Assembly: GCA_040901795.1 (NCBI GenBank)
Contig: JBBDYH010000166.1
Span: forward strand, 1-62,072
Length of the DNA: 62,072 nt
Direction of reading: 5' to 3'
Origin: Pirellulales bacterium
GTDB lineage: Bacteria > Planctomycetota > Planctomycetia > Pirellulales > JALHPA01
Numbering within the stretch: position 1 is the stretch's first letter; each line of letters starts with the position of its first letter. The position numbers and the translations under genes were made by a program. Positions 52,915-62,072 of this stretch are shown here, in pieces. The notes under the pieces were generated by a model that was not told where the DNA came from, did not search any database, and worked only from the letters and a program-made list of their open reading frames with translations.

Positions 52915-53997
52915 TTGTCCACCAGTTCGCGGCGGCAATTCGCCGCACCCCAACGGCATTTTGCGGAGACCGCCGAGCCGCTGTACGACACCTGGCAGCA
53001 GGCCCTCAAGGACGCGATTCGTGATCCATTTGAGCTATGCCGGCTGCTGGAACTTCCTGCGGAATGGGCGGCTGCGGCGCGGCGCGTGGAAAGATCGTTT
53101 TCTCTATTTGCTCCAAGGAGTTACGTCGCCCGGATGCGCTCCGGCGACCCGGCGGACCCGCTCTTGCGGCAAGTGCTTCCTGTCGAGGCGGAGGCCGATG
53201 TAGCCAGGGGCTTCTCGCAGGATCCCGTGGGGGACCGGCAGGCGAGCCTTTCGCCCGGCCTCTTACACAAGTACGCAGGCCGGGTTTTGATCGTAACAAC
53301 TGGGGCTTGCGCCGTCCATTGCCGTTACTGTTTCCGCCGGCATTTTCCGTACCAGGAAACACCGCGTACGCCGGAGGACTGGAGTGATGCGCTTGATTCG
53401 ATCGCGGCGGATGAGAGCGTCCATGAGGTGATTCTCAGCGGCGGCGACCCGCTGACGCTGGTTGATGCTTCGTTGGCGGCGCTCGCGGAACGGATTGCCG
53501 CCATTGGGCACGTCCGGCGGCTGCGCGTGCACACGCGATTGCCGATCATGATTCCCCAGCGCGTAACGGCCGAACTTTTGGACTGGCTCACCGGCACGCG
53601 GCTGGCGCCGGTGATGGTAATCCACGCCAACCACGCGGCGGAGCTGCAAGGCTCGGCAGCCGTGGCGGTGCGGAAAATCGTGGCGGCCGGCGTGCCGACG
53701 CTCAATCAGGCGGTGCTGTTGCGGGGCGTCAACGACGCGGTCGAAACGCTCGTTGAGCTCTCGGAGCGGCTCGTCGATCTGGGCGTCATGCCGTATTATT
53801 TGCATCAACTCGACCGCGTTGCCGGCGCCGCGCACTTTGAGGCGCCCGTGGACGAAGGCCTGCGGATCGTCGAAGAGATGCGGCGCCGCCTCCCCGGTTA
53901 CGCGGCGCCGCGGTATGTGCAGGAAGTGGCAGGAGAACCGTACAAGATTGAAGTGGGAATGACTCGTTCCCAGGCTCCGCCTGGGAACGGACTGTAG
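52915..53997 (+). CDS. epmB: EF-P beta-lysylation protein EpmB (KamA-family radical SAM; start uncertain)
   Basis: DPLLRQVLP, LLHKY, CAVHCRYCFRR, SGGDPL, NQAVLLRGVND, PYYLHQLD; divergent from efp. Confidence 0.92.
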   Translation: MSTSSRRQFAAPQRHFAETAEPLYDTWQQALKDAIRDPFELCRLLELPAEWAAAARRVERSFSLFAPRSYVARMRSGDPADPLLRQVLPVEAEADVARGFSQDPVGDRQASLSPGLLHKYAGRVLIVTTGACAVHCRYCFRRHFPYQETPRTPEDWSDALDSIAADESVHEVILSGGDPLTLVDASLAALAERIAAIGHVRRLRVHTRLPIMIPQRVTAELLDWLTGTRLAPVMVIHANHAAELQGSAAVAVRKIVAAGVPTLNQAVLLRGVNDAVETLVELSERLVDLGVMPYYLHQLDRVAGAAHFEAPVDEGLRIVEEMRRRLPGYAAPRYVQEVAGEPYKIEVGMTRSQAPPGNGL

Positions 53998-54116
53998 GGC
54001 AGGCTCCGCCTGCCGAACGAGTTTTTTTGCGTACCATTTTGGATGTTGCAAGGCAGAGCCTTGCAGGCAGTCTGTTCCCAGGCGGAGCCTGGGAACAAGA
54101 ATTCGAACGCACTCCC

Positions 54117-55022
54117 ATGAAAATTCTCATCGGCATCGACGGCTCGGAACATAGCTTCGCGGCGGCGTCGCTTGCCGGACGGCTGCTTGCTCACGGCCGC
54201 GATCAGATTGCGTTGTATCACTCCTGCGGACCACTCACCCTCGCCGATCAGGTGGACTCATCGCTGCACGAGCGGGCGTGCCAGGCGGTGGCCAACGTGA
54301 TTCTGGACGAAGCGAAACGGCGGCTGCCCCAACCCCTTCAAGCCGACGTTGAGGCTTTTCAGGGGGATGGTCGAGCAGCCGAAGCCATCGTCGAACAAGC
54401 GCAGCGATGGGGGGCGGAGCTAATCGTTCTCGGCGCTCGTGGGCTCGGCCGGATGGAAGGTTTGCTCTTGGGGAGCGTGTCGAGCAGCGTGGTGCGGACC
54501 GCGCACGTCCCGGTCTTGGTGGCACGCGGCAATCATGACGAGGCGGAGGCATTGCGGGTGCTCATCGCGTACGACCCCGTCCATGCGGCGCAGCACGCTG
54601 ACTTCATCGGCAAACTGACGTGGCCCGAGGGGGCCGTGGGACGCGTGGCCGCAGTGATCGACTCGATGTTGCCCAGCCACCTGCCGGAGTGGATTCAGAA
54701 GCGGGCCCGCGATGCCGACACCGAGGCGATGTCGCAGGTCTGGGTCCGCGAGCACGAGCAAGCGCGCAAAGCGAAGGAGCAGGAGCTGGCGTCTTACACG
54801 CAGCGGCTGCCGGGGCCATTCCGGTCGAGTGCGCCCATTGTTCTCGAAGGGAATCCGGCCGAGCAGTTGATGGCGCTGGTTGATCGTGAGAAGCCGTCGA
54901 TCATTGTGATGGGCAAGGCGATGAAGAACTTTTTCGATCGCTGGTTTATCGGCAGCGTTTCGGAAAAGGTGCTGGCGCACGCGGGTTGCTCGGTGCTGGT
55001 GATTCCGGCGGGTAAGGGGTGA
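54117..55022 (+). CDS. Tandem-domain universal stress protein
   Basis: MKILIGIDGSEHS, LGARG...LLGSVS, MGK...IGSVSEKVL..AGCSVLVI. Confidence 0.92.
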   Translation: MKILIGIDGSEHSFAAASLAGRLLAHGRDQIALYHSCGPLTLADQVDSSLHERACQAVANVILDEAKRRLPQPLQADVEAFQGDGRAAEAIVEQAQRWGAELIVLGARGLGRMEGLLLGSVSSSVVRTAHVPVLVARGNHDEAEALRVLIAYDPVHAAQHADFIGKLTWPEGAVGRVAAVIDSMLPSHLPEWIQKRARDADTEAMSQVWVREHEQARKAKEQELASYTQRLPGPFRSSAPIVLEGNPAEQLMALVDREKPSIIVMGKAMKNFFDRWFIGSVSEKVLAHAGCSVLVIPAGKG

Positions 55023-55179
55023 GAGGCATTCGTCGCGATAATTTTGGAGTGCGACGACTGGTCGTCGCTTTCTTTTTCAAACCGCGACGCGAGCGAATCA
55101 GATGACGATGACGAAGCACGATTCGTAACGCGACGGAAGAGATTGAAATCCAAAGCTACGACAAGTCGTAGCACTCCAA

Positions 55180-55926
55180 ATGCAACTCACGCCCGAGCAT
55201 CTCGAAACTACGCACACTGCCGACGCGATCACTGCGCGGCTGGGAACGGTGGGGCATCACAGCTATCTGGGCGATTTCGTGCTCGGCGCCATTGATGGGG
55301 CCGTGACCACATTCGCGATCGTCGCCGGCGTGTCGGGGGCGCAGCTTTCCAACCAGGTGGCCGTGATCCTCGGTCTGGCTAACCTGCTGGCCGACGGTTT
55401 CAGCATGGCGGTCAGCAACTATTTGGGGGCGCGGGCGGAAGTGCAGGTGGTCGATCGCGTGCGGCGGATCGAAGAGAAACACATCGAGACAGTTCCCGAG
55501 GGCGAGCGCGAAGAAATCCGGCAGATCTTCGCCGGCAAAGGTTTTTCCGGCGAGCTGCTCGAACAGATCGTCGAGGTGATCACGCAAGACCGCAAGCGCT
55601 GGGTCGATACGATGATCACCGAAGAGTTTGGCCTGCCGCTGGAGCGGCCGTTGCCGTGGCGCGCCGGCTTCTCGACGTTTGTCGCCTTTGTATTGGCGGG
55701 TTTCGTGCCGCTCATTCCGTTCACGATTCCGCTAGGCGTCTCGGCCGGGCGGCTGTTTCCCCTGAGTGCGATATTAACCGGAGTGACGTTTTTTCTGATC
55801 GGCGCCGCCAAGGGCCGCATCGTGCATCGTTCGATCGTTTGGTCGGGTCTCGAAACGCTGTTGGTCGGCGCCGTCGCCGCCATGCTGGCCTACCTGGTTG
55901 GTGTGGCGTTTCATGGCGCCGGATGA
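55180..55926 (+). CDS. VIT1/CCC1 family Fe/Mn transporter
   Basis: DFVLGAIDGAVTTFAIVAG, ANLLADGFSMAVSNYL, acidic EREE linker. Confidence 0.92.
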   Translation: MQLTPEHLETTHTADAITARLGTVGHHSYLGDFVLGAIDGAVTTFAIVAGVSGAQLSNQVAVILGLANLLADGFSMAVSNYLGARAEVQVVDRVRRIEEKHIETVPEGEREEIRQIFAGKGFSGELLEQIVEVITQDRKRWVDTMITEEFGLPLERPLPWRAGFSTFVAFVLAGFVPLIPFTIPLGVSAGRLFPLSAILTGVTFFLIGAAKGRIVHRSIVWSGLETLLVGAVAAMLAYLVGVAFHGAG

Positions 55927-55933
55927 ACGTGAT

Positions 55934-55948
55934 TGGCACATGCATTGC
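55934..55948 (+). promoter_or_regulatory. Sigma54 promoter
   Basis: TGGCAC-ATGCA-TTGC, a full match to the -24/-12 consensus. Confidence 0.75.
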
Positions 55949-55998
55949 ACTTAGGCTTTTCGCCATTCGTTGCCTAATGCACTTAAGGAGATTCGCTG

Positions 55999-56151
55999 AT
56001 GAAAAAGCACACCGCACCCACCGCCGGTAAGGCGGAAAAGAAGGCCGCTCGCAAGTCCGCTCAAGGAAAGGCCCGCATACTGCGCGATAATACGATGAAT
56101 CGCGAGGAGCAGCGGCGGCAGACCATTGCGCGACAGGGACACCCGAAGTGA
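55999..56151 (+). CDS. Small basic 50-aa protein (absent from the ORF track)
   Basis: AAGGAG RBS 8 nt before ATG; MKKHTAPTAGKAEKKAARKSAQGKARILRDNTMNREEQRRQTIARQGHPK; sigma54 promoter upstream. Confidence 0.65.
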   Translation: MKKHTAPTAGKAEKKAARKSAQGKARILRDNTMNREEQRRQTIARQGHPK

Positions 56152-56222
56152 GCCGTGGCGAAAAATCACTCGCCGATCCGCATTTCACTTGGCACGGCGC
56201 AGCGGCGCGGTAAACTTACTGT

Positions 56223-56397
56223 GAGGACGTGACCGAAACACTGGCGGCACGCTATGGCGTGAATCACCCCAGTGACGCGCTTGACACATTTTCCTTTGTT
56301 CAAGGAGAAACGACCGTTATACGGACAGCGCTTTCGGCCACGTCCTTCTATTTCGAACGCGCGAGAACGCCCTGGCACGCCGCCGGGGCGTTTTTTT
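56223..56397 (+). ncRNA. Candidate structured non-coding RNA
   Basis: Promoter TTGGCA-16-TAAACT (56189-56216); 15-bp closing stem 56224-38/56332-46; two branched arms; intrinsic terminator. Confidence 0.55.
56366..56397 (+). terminator. Intrinsic terminator
   Basis: AACGCCCTGGC-ACGCC-GCCGGGGCGTT stem running into a T7 tract. Confidence 0.8.
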
Positions 56398-56503
56398 GGT
56401 TAAGGTTCCTGTGTTCCAGGTTGCCTGAAATGTCTGGTAGTCTGGTGAGTGGCGAGTGACATGGTCTACTGAACCCGGAACCCTGAACCCTGAACCCTAT
56501 TCC

Positions 56504-57316
56504 GTGTTTCGCCTCGCCTGGCTCACCGATCTGCACCTGAACTTTCTGCCTTACGTCCAGGTGGATGAGTTTCTCGGCCGCGTGGAGTCGCTGGAAGCGG
56601 ATGCCGTCGTGATCACCGGCGACATCTCTGAGGCCCGCGAGCTCGGCCGCATGCTCGGGCATATCGAGCAACGCCTGCAGCATCCGGTGTACTTTGTGCT
56701 CGGCAACCATGACTTTTATCACGGTTCAATACGTGAGGTGCGGGCGACGGCGTCGCGCGCGTGTGAGGCGGCCGGCGCGGCGGGACGGCTGCACTATCTC
56801 ACCGCCATGCCCGATCCGGTCGAGCTGACGGCGACGGTGGGCTTGGTTGGCCATGACGGCTGGGCCGACGCGCGGCTAGGAGACTATGAGCGCAGCCTGG
56901 TGATGATGAATGACTACCGGCTGATCGCCGAGCTGGCCGTGCATGGCAAGCGCGACCGCCGGCCGATTCTGCAGGCTCTCGGCGACGAGGCGGCGCAACA
57001 TATTCGCGAGCTCTTACCGGCGGCGCTTGCGCGGTATGAGCAGGTGCTGCTGGCGACGCATGTGCCGCCGTTGCGCGAGGCTTGTTGGCACGAAGGCCAC
57101 CCGTCAGACGATGAGTGGGCGCCGCACTTCACGTGCAAAGCAATGGGCGATGCCATCCTGGAGATCATGCGTGACTTTCCGGAGCGGCAATTGATGGTTT
57201 TTTGCGGCCATACCCACAGCCCCGGCGAGTGCCGCCCCTTGCCGAACATCCACATCCTCACCGGCGGGGCGAAGTACGGACAGCCGACGGTACAGCGCGT
57301 GTTCGAGTTTCCGTGA
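56504..57316 (+). CDS. Calcineurin-like metallophosphoesterase
   Basis: DLH, TGD, GNHD, THVPP, GHTH. Confidence 0.92.
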   Translation: MFRLAWLTDLHLNFLPYVQVDEFLGRVESLEADAVVITGDISEARELGRMLGHIEQRLQHPVYFVLGNHDFYHGSIREVRATASRACEAAGAAGRLHYLTAMPDPVELTATVGLVGHDGWADARLGDYERSLVMMNDYRLIAELAVHGKRDRRPILQALGDEAAQHIRELLPAALARYEQVLLATHVPPLREACWHEGHPSDDEWAPHFTCKAMGDAILEIMRDFPERQLMVFCGHTHSPGECRPLPNIHILTGGAKYGQPTVQRVFEFP

Positions 57317-57394
57317 TCAAGCATAGCTTTGCATCGCTGTCCGTCACGCGGTAATCTGTGGCGAGCAAAACGTTCACTTGTCGAGGAGCTTGCC

Positions 57395-58813
57395 ATGTTC
57401 GCCGTCCGGGTTCAATTCGCAGTGCTGATCGCCCTGGTCGTTACCGCAGGGTCAACTGTTTCGGCTCAAGAAAAGCACCAGCCGCTCGCCCTGCATCCGG
57501 ACAATGGGCATTATTTTCTATTCCGCGGCAAGCCGACGGTGATCGTGACCTCGGCCGAGCACTACGGCGCCGTGCTGAACCTCGACTTCGACTACGTGAA
57601 GTACCTTGACGAGTTGGCGGCGCATGGGTTGAACAATACGCGCACGTTCAGCGGGGCGTACGTCGAAGACTCCAAGGCGTTCAATATCGCGCGCAATACT
57701 CTGGCGCCGGCGAAGGGGCGGTTCATCTGCCCTTGGGCGCGCAGTGATGAACCCGGCTACGCCCACGGCGGCAACAAGTTCGCCCTGATGAAGTGGGATG
57801 ACGCGTATTTCAAACGGCTAAAGGATTTTGTCGCCGCGGCGGCCCGGCGCGGCGTAATCGTCGAGATGAACCTGTTCTGCCCGTTCTATCAGGACTCGAT
57901 GTGGAACATCAGCCCGCAGAACGCGGCCAACAACATCAACAATGTCGGCCGTTGCAAGCGCGAAGAGGCCTACACGCTCGACAAGAACGACGGCCTGCTC
58001 GCGATCCAAGAGGAGATGACGCGCAAGATCGTCCGCGAGCTCAACGGGTTCGACAACTTGTATTACGAAATCTGTAACGAGCCCTACTTCGGCGGCGTGA
58101 CGATGGATTGGCAGCACCGAATCGTTGATACGATCGTGGCGACGGAAAAGGAGCTGCCGAACAAACACCTGATCTCGTTGAACATCGCCAACGGCTCGAA
58201 GAAGATCGAGAAGCCGCACCCCGCGGTGAGCGTTTTCAACTTCCATTACGCCAGCCCGCCCACGGCAGTGGCGGAGAACTATCATCTTAACAAGGTCATC
58301 GGCGACAACGAGACCGGCTTTAAGGGGACCAAGGATGACCACTACCGGATGGAGGCTTGGGAGTTCATCCTGGCGGGCGGCGGGCTATATAACAATCTGG
58401 ACTACTCATTCACCGTCGGCCATGAAGACGGCACGTTCCAATACCCTGCAAAGCAGCCCGGCGGCGGCAACCGCGGGTTTCGCCGGCAGATGAAAGTGCT
58501 CAAGGATTTTATCGACGGTTTTGACTTCGTGCGGATGAAGCCGGCCAAGGGCGTGATCGGCGGACTAGACAAGGACGAGCGGGCTACTGTGCTTGCCGAG
58601 GAAGGGAAGCAGTATGCCGCGTACTTGCGAGTTAAGCGGCCCAAGCAGGTCACGATCGAGCTGCCGGCGGGCACGTACGAAGCCGCTTGGATCAACGTGC
58701 TCACCGGCAAGACGATCGGGAAGCAACGATTCACGCACGAGAGCGGTGACGCGAAACTCCAAACCGCCGGGCAGACGCCGGAGGTAGCGCTGCGGATCAT
58801 GCGCGTGGAATAG
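57395..58813 (+). CDS. Secreted clan GH-A (GH5-like) glycoside hydrolase with C-terminal beta-domain
   Basis: GAGGAG RBS, signal peptide, YYEICNEP acid/base motif, DNETG nucleophile motif. Confidence 0.8.
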   Translation: MFAVRVQFAVLIALVVTAGSTVSAQEKHQPLALHPDNGHYFLFRGKPTVIVTSAEHYGAVLNLDFDYVKYLDELAAHGLNNTRTFSGAYVEDSKAFNIARNTLAPAKGRFICPWARSDEPGYAHGGNKFALMKWDDAYFKRLKDFVAAAARRGVIVEMNLFCPFYQDSMWNISPQNAANNINNVGRCKREEAYTLDKNDGLLAIQEEMTRKIVRELNGFDNLYYEICNEPYFGGVTMDWQHRIVDTIVATEKELPNKHLISLNIANGSKKIEKPHPAVSVFNFHYASPPTAVAENYHLNKVIGDNETGFKGTKDDHYRMEAWEFILAGGGLYNNLDYSFTVGHEDGTFQYPAKQPGGGNRGFRRQMKVLKDFIDGFDFVRMKPAKGVIGGLDKDERATVLAEEGKQYAAYLRVKRPKQVTIELPAGTYEAAWINVLTGKTIGKQRFTHESGDAKLQTAGQTPEVALRIMRVE

Positions 58814-58868
58814 GATTGTTGTGGGTCGCCGCGGCGACCTCGCGGCGAGCAGTGGCACGCGGCGGAAC

Positions 58869-59570
58869 TTACTTGGTTTGATCTGACGAATCCGGCTCGG
58901 CGGGCGGGGCCTCGTCGACGTTCTCACGCTCGGGCGGGACAGCGTCGAACGGGTTGGGAGGAACAATTCCGGGTGGTGGCAATTCCGGACCGTCACCACT
59001 CACAGTGGGTCCCCCGCCATTGGGCAGGTGAATCAGCCATCCGCCATCGACTTTCCGGAACTCGACGGGCTGATCGCCGCGTTCCGTTTCGGCCATGGCC
59101 GTGGCCTCGTCGCCGTCGATCTTGACCTCGCCGAGGTTCTTGATCTCGAAGGTCGGACTGCCGCTGGTACTGTTCTTGTTTAGCCAGGCAAAGAGGTCCT
59201 CAATCAGCGCCGGCTTGTTCTCGACGTCGGCCACGAAGGAAGGCATGGCGGCGGCGTCTTTGTCGGCCGGCTCTTTGGGCTCGGCATCCATGTCGATCTC
59301 GTAACGCTTGAGGAGTTGTTTCAGGTCCTTCGCCTTTTCCGTGTCGCCAAACGTCGCGAACGACGACCCGAAGATGAGCCCATCGGCCATCGTCGCTTGC
59401 GATTCGGGGGTCAGGCAACGTGCGGCGGCTTGCCAATCCTCGGCTTCCATGGCCTTTTGAAAGGCGTTGAATGCCGCCTCGGGTGTGTCGAATTTGCTGG
59501 TGGTTCCCTTGCCGCAACCCGCGGCCCAGGCCAGCAGACCAAATAACGCGAAAGCACGCAGTGGGGACAT
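58869..59570 (-). CDS. Hypothetical lipoprotein
   Basis: Lipobox AAGC; TPEAAF...W..AA.CL, KIDGDEAT, FRKVDGGWLI (NTF2-like pattern). Confidence 0.75.
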   Translation of the reverse strand: MSPLRAFALFGLLAWAAGCGKGTTSKFDTPEAAFNAFQKAMEAEDWQAAARCLTPESQATMADGLIFGSSFATFGDTEKAKDLKQLLKRYEIDMDAEPKEPADKDAAAMPSFVADVENKPALIEDLFAWLNKNSTSGSPTFEIKNLGEVKIDGDEATAMAETERGDQPVEFRKVDGGWLIHLPNGGGPTVSGDGPELPPPGIVPPNPFDAVPPERENVDEAPPAEPDSSDQTK

Positions 59571-59652
59571 GTGAACCTCCTGTCGCGGGTTGCGAAATTG
59601 CAGATGTTGAAGAGAAGAGCGTACGACGCCGGCGGAGTTTGAGCAAGTGGGG

Positions 59653-60438
59653 CTACATCAACCACCAATCGTCGCTAGCCAGGACGTAGACGCCTAACAG
59701 GAGATTCGTGATCGCGTGTGCGGCGACGCAGTCCCAGACGTTTTTTGTTCGGAGAAGCAGCCAGGCGACCGCGGCGAACCAGACCACGGCGGCCAGCGCC
59801 TCCTGCGGGTGCATGAGGACCGGGAACACAATCGCGGCGGCGATGCCCAGGCGGTCGGGCGTGCCGATGGGGACGTTCCACCAATCAGGCCGGATGAAGT
59901 ATCGCATCACAAATCCCCGGAGGAACATCTCTTCGATTAGCGGCACGATGGCGGCGAGGCCCAAGAATCGAATCCCGAGGAACAGATAACCCGCCGGCGT
60001 ATGGCCGAGCTGTTCGAGCGGGTTGTAGCCGGGACGCATGCCGCCCAACCAATTCGTCATGGCTTCGATGTCGAGCGTCGCCACGAGCCACTTTTGCAAG
60101 TGGGCCAGCGCGACCCAGGCGACGACACCGAGCACGCCAACGACGAAGGCAAGCGGGTGCAGAGCCTTCCGCGGCGGATACCCGCGGGCGACGGCCACGA
60201 TCGCGACGACGGTGAGCAGGATCTTGATGCCGTAGATCCACGGATAATGCTCGTATCGCAGTCCGAGGTCGAGCCAAGGCTCAGTGGCCGCTTGGCCGGG
60301 CGCTGCTGGTGGCGGCGGCTCAAAGGACCCCACGACCAGGTAGACGGCGAACGGGAGGAGGAAGACGACCCAGGGGCTGCGGAAGAGGCCGCTTGGATCG
60401 TTCGAAGAAGTCTCGACGGGCGAGCGGTCGACGGGCAT
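59653..60438 (-). CDS. CAAX prenyl protease-related (CPBP) intramembrane metalloprotease
   Basis: PLIEEMFLRG, F...H, AHAITN motifs; multiple TM helices. Confidence 0.9.
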   Translation of the reverse strand: MPVDRSPVETSSNDPSGLFRSPWVVFLLPFAVYLVVGSFEPPPPAAPGQAATEPWLDLGLRYEHYPWIYGIKILLTVVAIVAVARGYPPRKALHPLAFVVGVLGVVAWVALAHLQKWLVATLDIEAMTNWLGGMRPGYNPLEQLGHTPAGYLFLGIRFLGLAAIVPLIEEMFLRGFVMRYFIRPDWWNVPIGTPDRLGIAAAIVFPVLMHPQEALAAVVWFAAVAWLLLRTKNVWDCVAAHAITNLLLGVYVLASDDWWLM

Positions 60439-60629
60439 GAACAGAGGCCCGGAGGGCCGACATGAAGTAGCCCTGGCCGTCAGGCCAGGGGACAGGACGG
60501 GTTCATATGTTACAAGGCCCGGAGGGCCGGCACCAGTTCGCCAGTGCCGGTCCTCCGGACCTTAAGCATAAAGCTTGACGTTTTTCCCGGCCCTCACGGG
60601 CCGAGCTATTGCCTGTCGGCCCTCCGGGC

Positions 60630-61997
60630 CTACTTTTCAGCCGATGACTTTGTCGGGGTATCGTCGAGAGCATCCGAGGAAGGTGCGGCCGGATCGTCGA
60701 CCGGTTGCAATGGCGAAGCGCCGGTGGCCGGTTCAATACTCGGCGTTGGTTTCGATTCGCGCGATGGGGCATCACGCCCTCGTCGGGGCTCGCGGCGCAC
60801 TGGATTAGCTTGCCCATCGCCAGGTTGCCGACTGGCGGCGCCGTAACCCGGTTGCCCGCCGACGCCACCATAGCCGCCCTGAGTAGAACCGTAGCCGGCA
60901 CCGCCGCCAGTTTGTCCGTAACCGGGTTGCATTCGTGCGCCGCCGTAGCCGCCGCGGGACATACTCCCGTAACCGCCCGCCGCGCCATAGCCGGGCTGAC
61001 CCGCGGCTCCGTAGCCGCTGCCCTCAGCACTCTCTGCTGCCTTTCTCGGCCCTTTGGCCAAAACCGGCTCCAGATCTTTGAGCAGCTTTTCGATATCTTG
61101 ATGCGCTTCGGACGTTTGCGAAATCACGAGCGAATCGCGGAATGGTACGATAGCGCCTAGGCCGCCACCCGTTGCCCAAGTGGCAGGGGCCACTGTCGAC
61201 GGAATGAGCTGAATGAGCTCGTTCGTGCTGTCCGCTGGGACGTAATAGACGCGCGTTTCCGGGCTAGCGTCGATTTCGGCCTGCGACGAAACCATGACGA
61301 CTCCGCTACGCAGTGTGTACGCGAGTTGATGCGGCCGAAGGATCAGGTCGAGCGCCATTTCGGCAGGCACTTGCTTTAAGCCGAGCGTGACGGGATCATC
61401 TGACGTTATGGCAAGATCGACCAACGCCTTCGGGTCCAGATAGACTTGCGTTCCAATCTTTGTTGAGAAGCCGTCCAATGCCGTACCAAGAGGCGTTTCG
61501 GTAAACTCGACGTCGATCAGCGTGGCGAGTTTGTCCCTTGTTTCGACGTTCGCCATTTCATTGCGACTAAATGTGACGCTCTTGGCGACACCGATTCGTT
61601 CTTTACGCGCCGGTTTATCGGATGGCGGTTCGGTTTTTGGTTCATCCTGGGCCTGTACAATCGTCGCGTCGTCTCGCACTTCCGGCCGAAACGCCAACAT
61701 AGCGACTACCAAACCAGTCATCACTACGGTCGTACCAATCGTGCACCGCATGATCAGTCTCCTTCTTCTCATTCCGACCAGGGCGGAAAAGTTCGCGGCC
61801 AACGCGGCCGCATCACCAAACTCTTCCAAGGCCCGCCGCACTGCCTCTTCGTGCGTGCGTCCACTCGCCTCCAAGTGGGCGACGTGTTCGATCAGGTGAT
61901 CGCGCAGCTCGCCGGAAATGCTCTCCCGCTGCGTCCGCCGCAAGCGGAGCATGCCGGAAAGCAAGGCCAGGTAATTTTCGAATTCGCGATCGGACAT
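60630..61997 (-). CDS. Permease-prefix (HAAS-type) domain membrane protein with secretin/STN-like periplasmic domain and Gly-Tyr-rich tail
   Basis: FENYL...ELRDHL...EEAVRRALEEFGDA; one TM; F.ETPL..AL, TRVYYV, LVISQT.E.H..IEKLL; repeated GYG. Confidence 0.75.
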   Translation of the reverse strand: MSDREFENYLALLSGMLRLRRTQRESISGELRDHLIEHVAHLEASGRTHEEAVRRALEEFGDAAALAANFSALVGMRRRRLIMRCTIGTTVVMTGLVVAMLAFRPEVRDDATIVQAQDEPKTEPPSDKPARKERIGVAKSVTFSRNEMANVETRDKLATLIDVEFTETPLGTALDGFSTKIGTQVYLDPKALVDLAITSDDPVTLGLKQVPAEMALDLILRPHQLAYTLRSGVVMVSSQAEIDASPETRVYYVPADSTNELIQLIPSTVAPATWATGGGLGAIVPFRDSLVISQTSEAHQDIEKLLKDLEPVLAKGPRKAAESAEGSGYGAAGQPGYGAAGGYGSMSRGGYGGARMQPGYGQTGGGAGYGSTQGGYGGVGGQPGYGAASRQPGDGQANPVRREPRRGRDAPSRESKPTPSIEPATGASPLQPVDDPAAPSSDALDDTPTKSSAEK

Positions 61998-62001
61998 CGG
62001 C

Positions 62002-62072
62002 AGGGTTCAAGGTTCCAGGTTCAAGGTTCAAGGTTCAAGGTTCAAGGTTCAAGGTTCAAGGTTCAAGGTTCA
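62002..62072. repeat. Heptamer tandem repeat (AAGGTTC)n, running off the window end
   Basis: About ten consecutive AGGTTCA-type units. Confidence 0.9.

Noticed and set aside
56223-56347. 5S rRNA, tRNA or SRP RNA
   Set aside because: Similar size and branching, but lacks the conserved sequence motifs of each.

Overview
High-GC bacterial chromosomal window, very probably from a planctomycete. DUF1559 prepilin-like, PVC-type heme-binding, Tat-exported Gfo/Idh/MocA and Uma2 proteins and dense intergenic short repeats all point that way. About 45 plausible CDSs are present. They include a sigma54-driven assimilatory nitrate operon (fused Fe-S/DmsC-type anchor, Mo nitrate reductase, NarK-type MFS, NirA), an HTH-PIN toxin-antitoxin pair, an ECF sigma/anti-sigma pair, and housekeeping genes (rdgB, proA, fliM, efp, epmB). 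There is also an isolated T6SS ATPase (tssH/clpV) and several small accessory islets. No rRNA, tRNA, CRISPR array, integrase or transposase was recognised. The most interesting signals are five. (1) A more AT-rich two-gene unit: an MrfA/Hrq1-type DUF1998 helicase translationally coupled to what looks like an inactivated SF2-helicase-domain protein. (2) A 1.4-kb module bounded by perfect 22-bp inverted repeats, carrying a Tag-like DNA glycosylase and a stand-alone primase-type CHC2 zinc finger. (3) An unannotated, multi-branched candidate ncRNA with its own promoter and terminator, next to a missed 50-aa basic protein with a consensus sigma54 promoter. (4) A ~1-kb region with no recognisable gene, bracketed by 24-bp direct repeats and containing a consensus promoter aimed antisense at tssH. 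(5) A MITE family with 12-bp TIRs and TWA target duplications. All family assignments come from motif recognition by eye, not from database searches.
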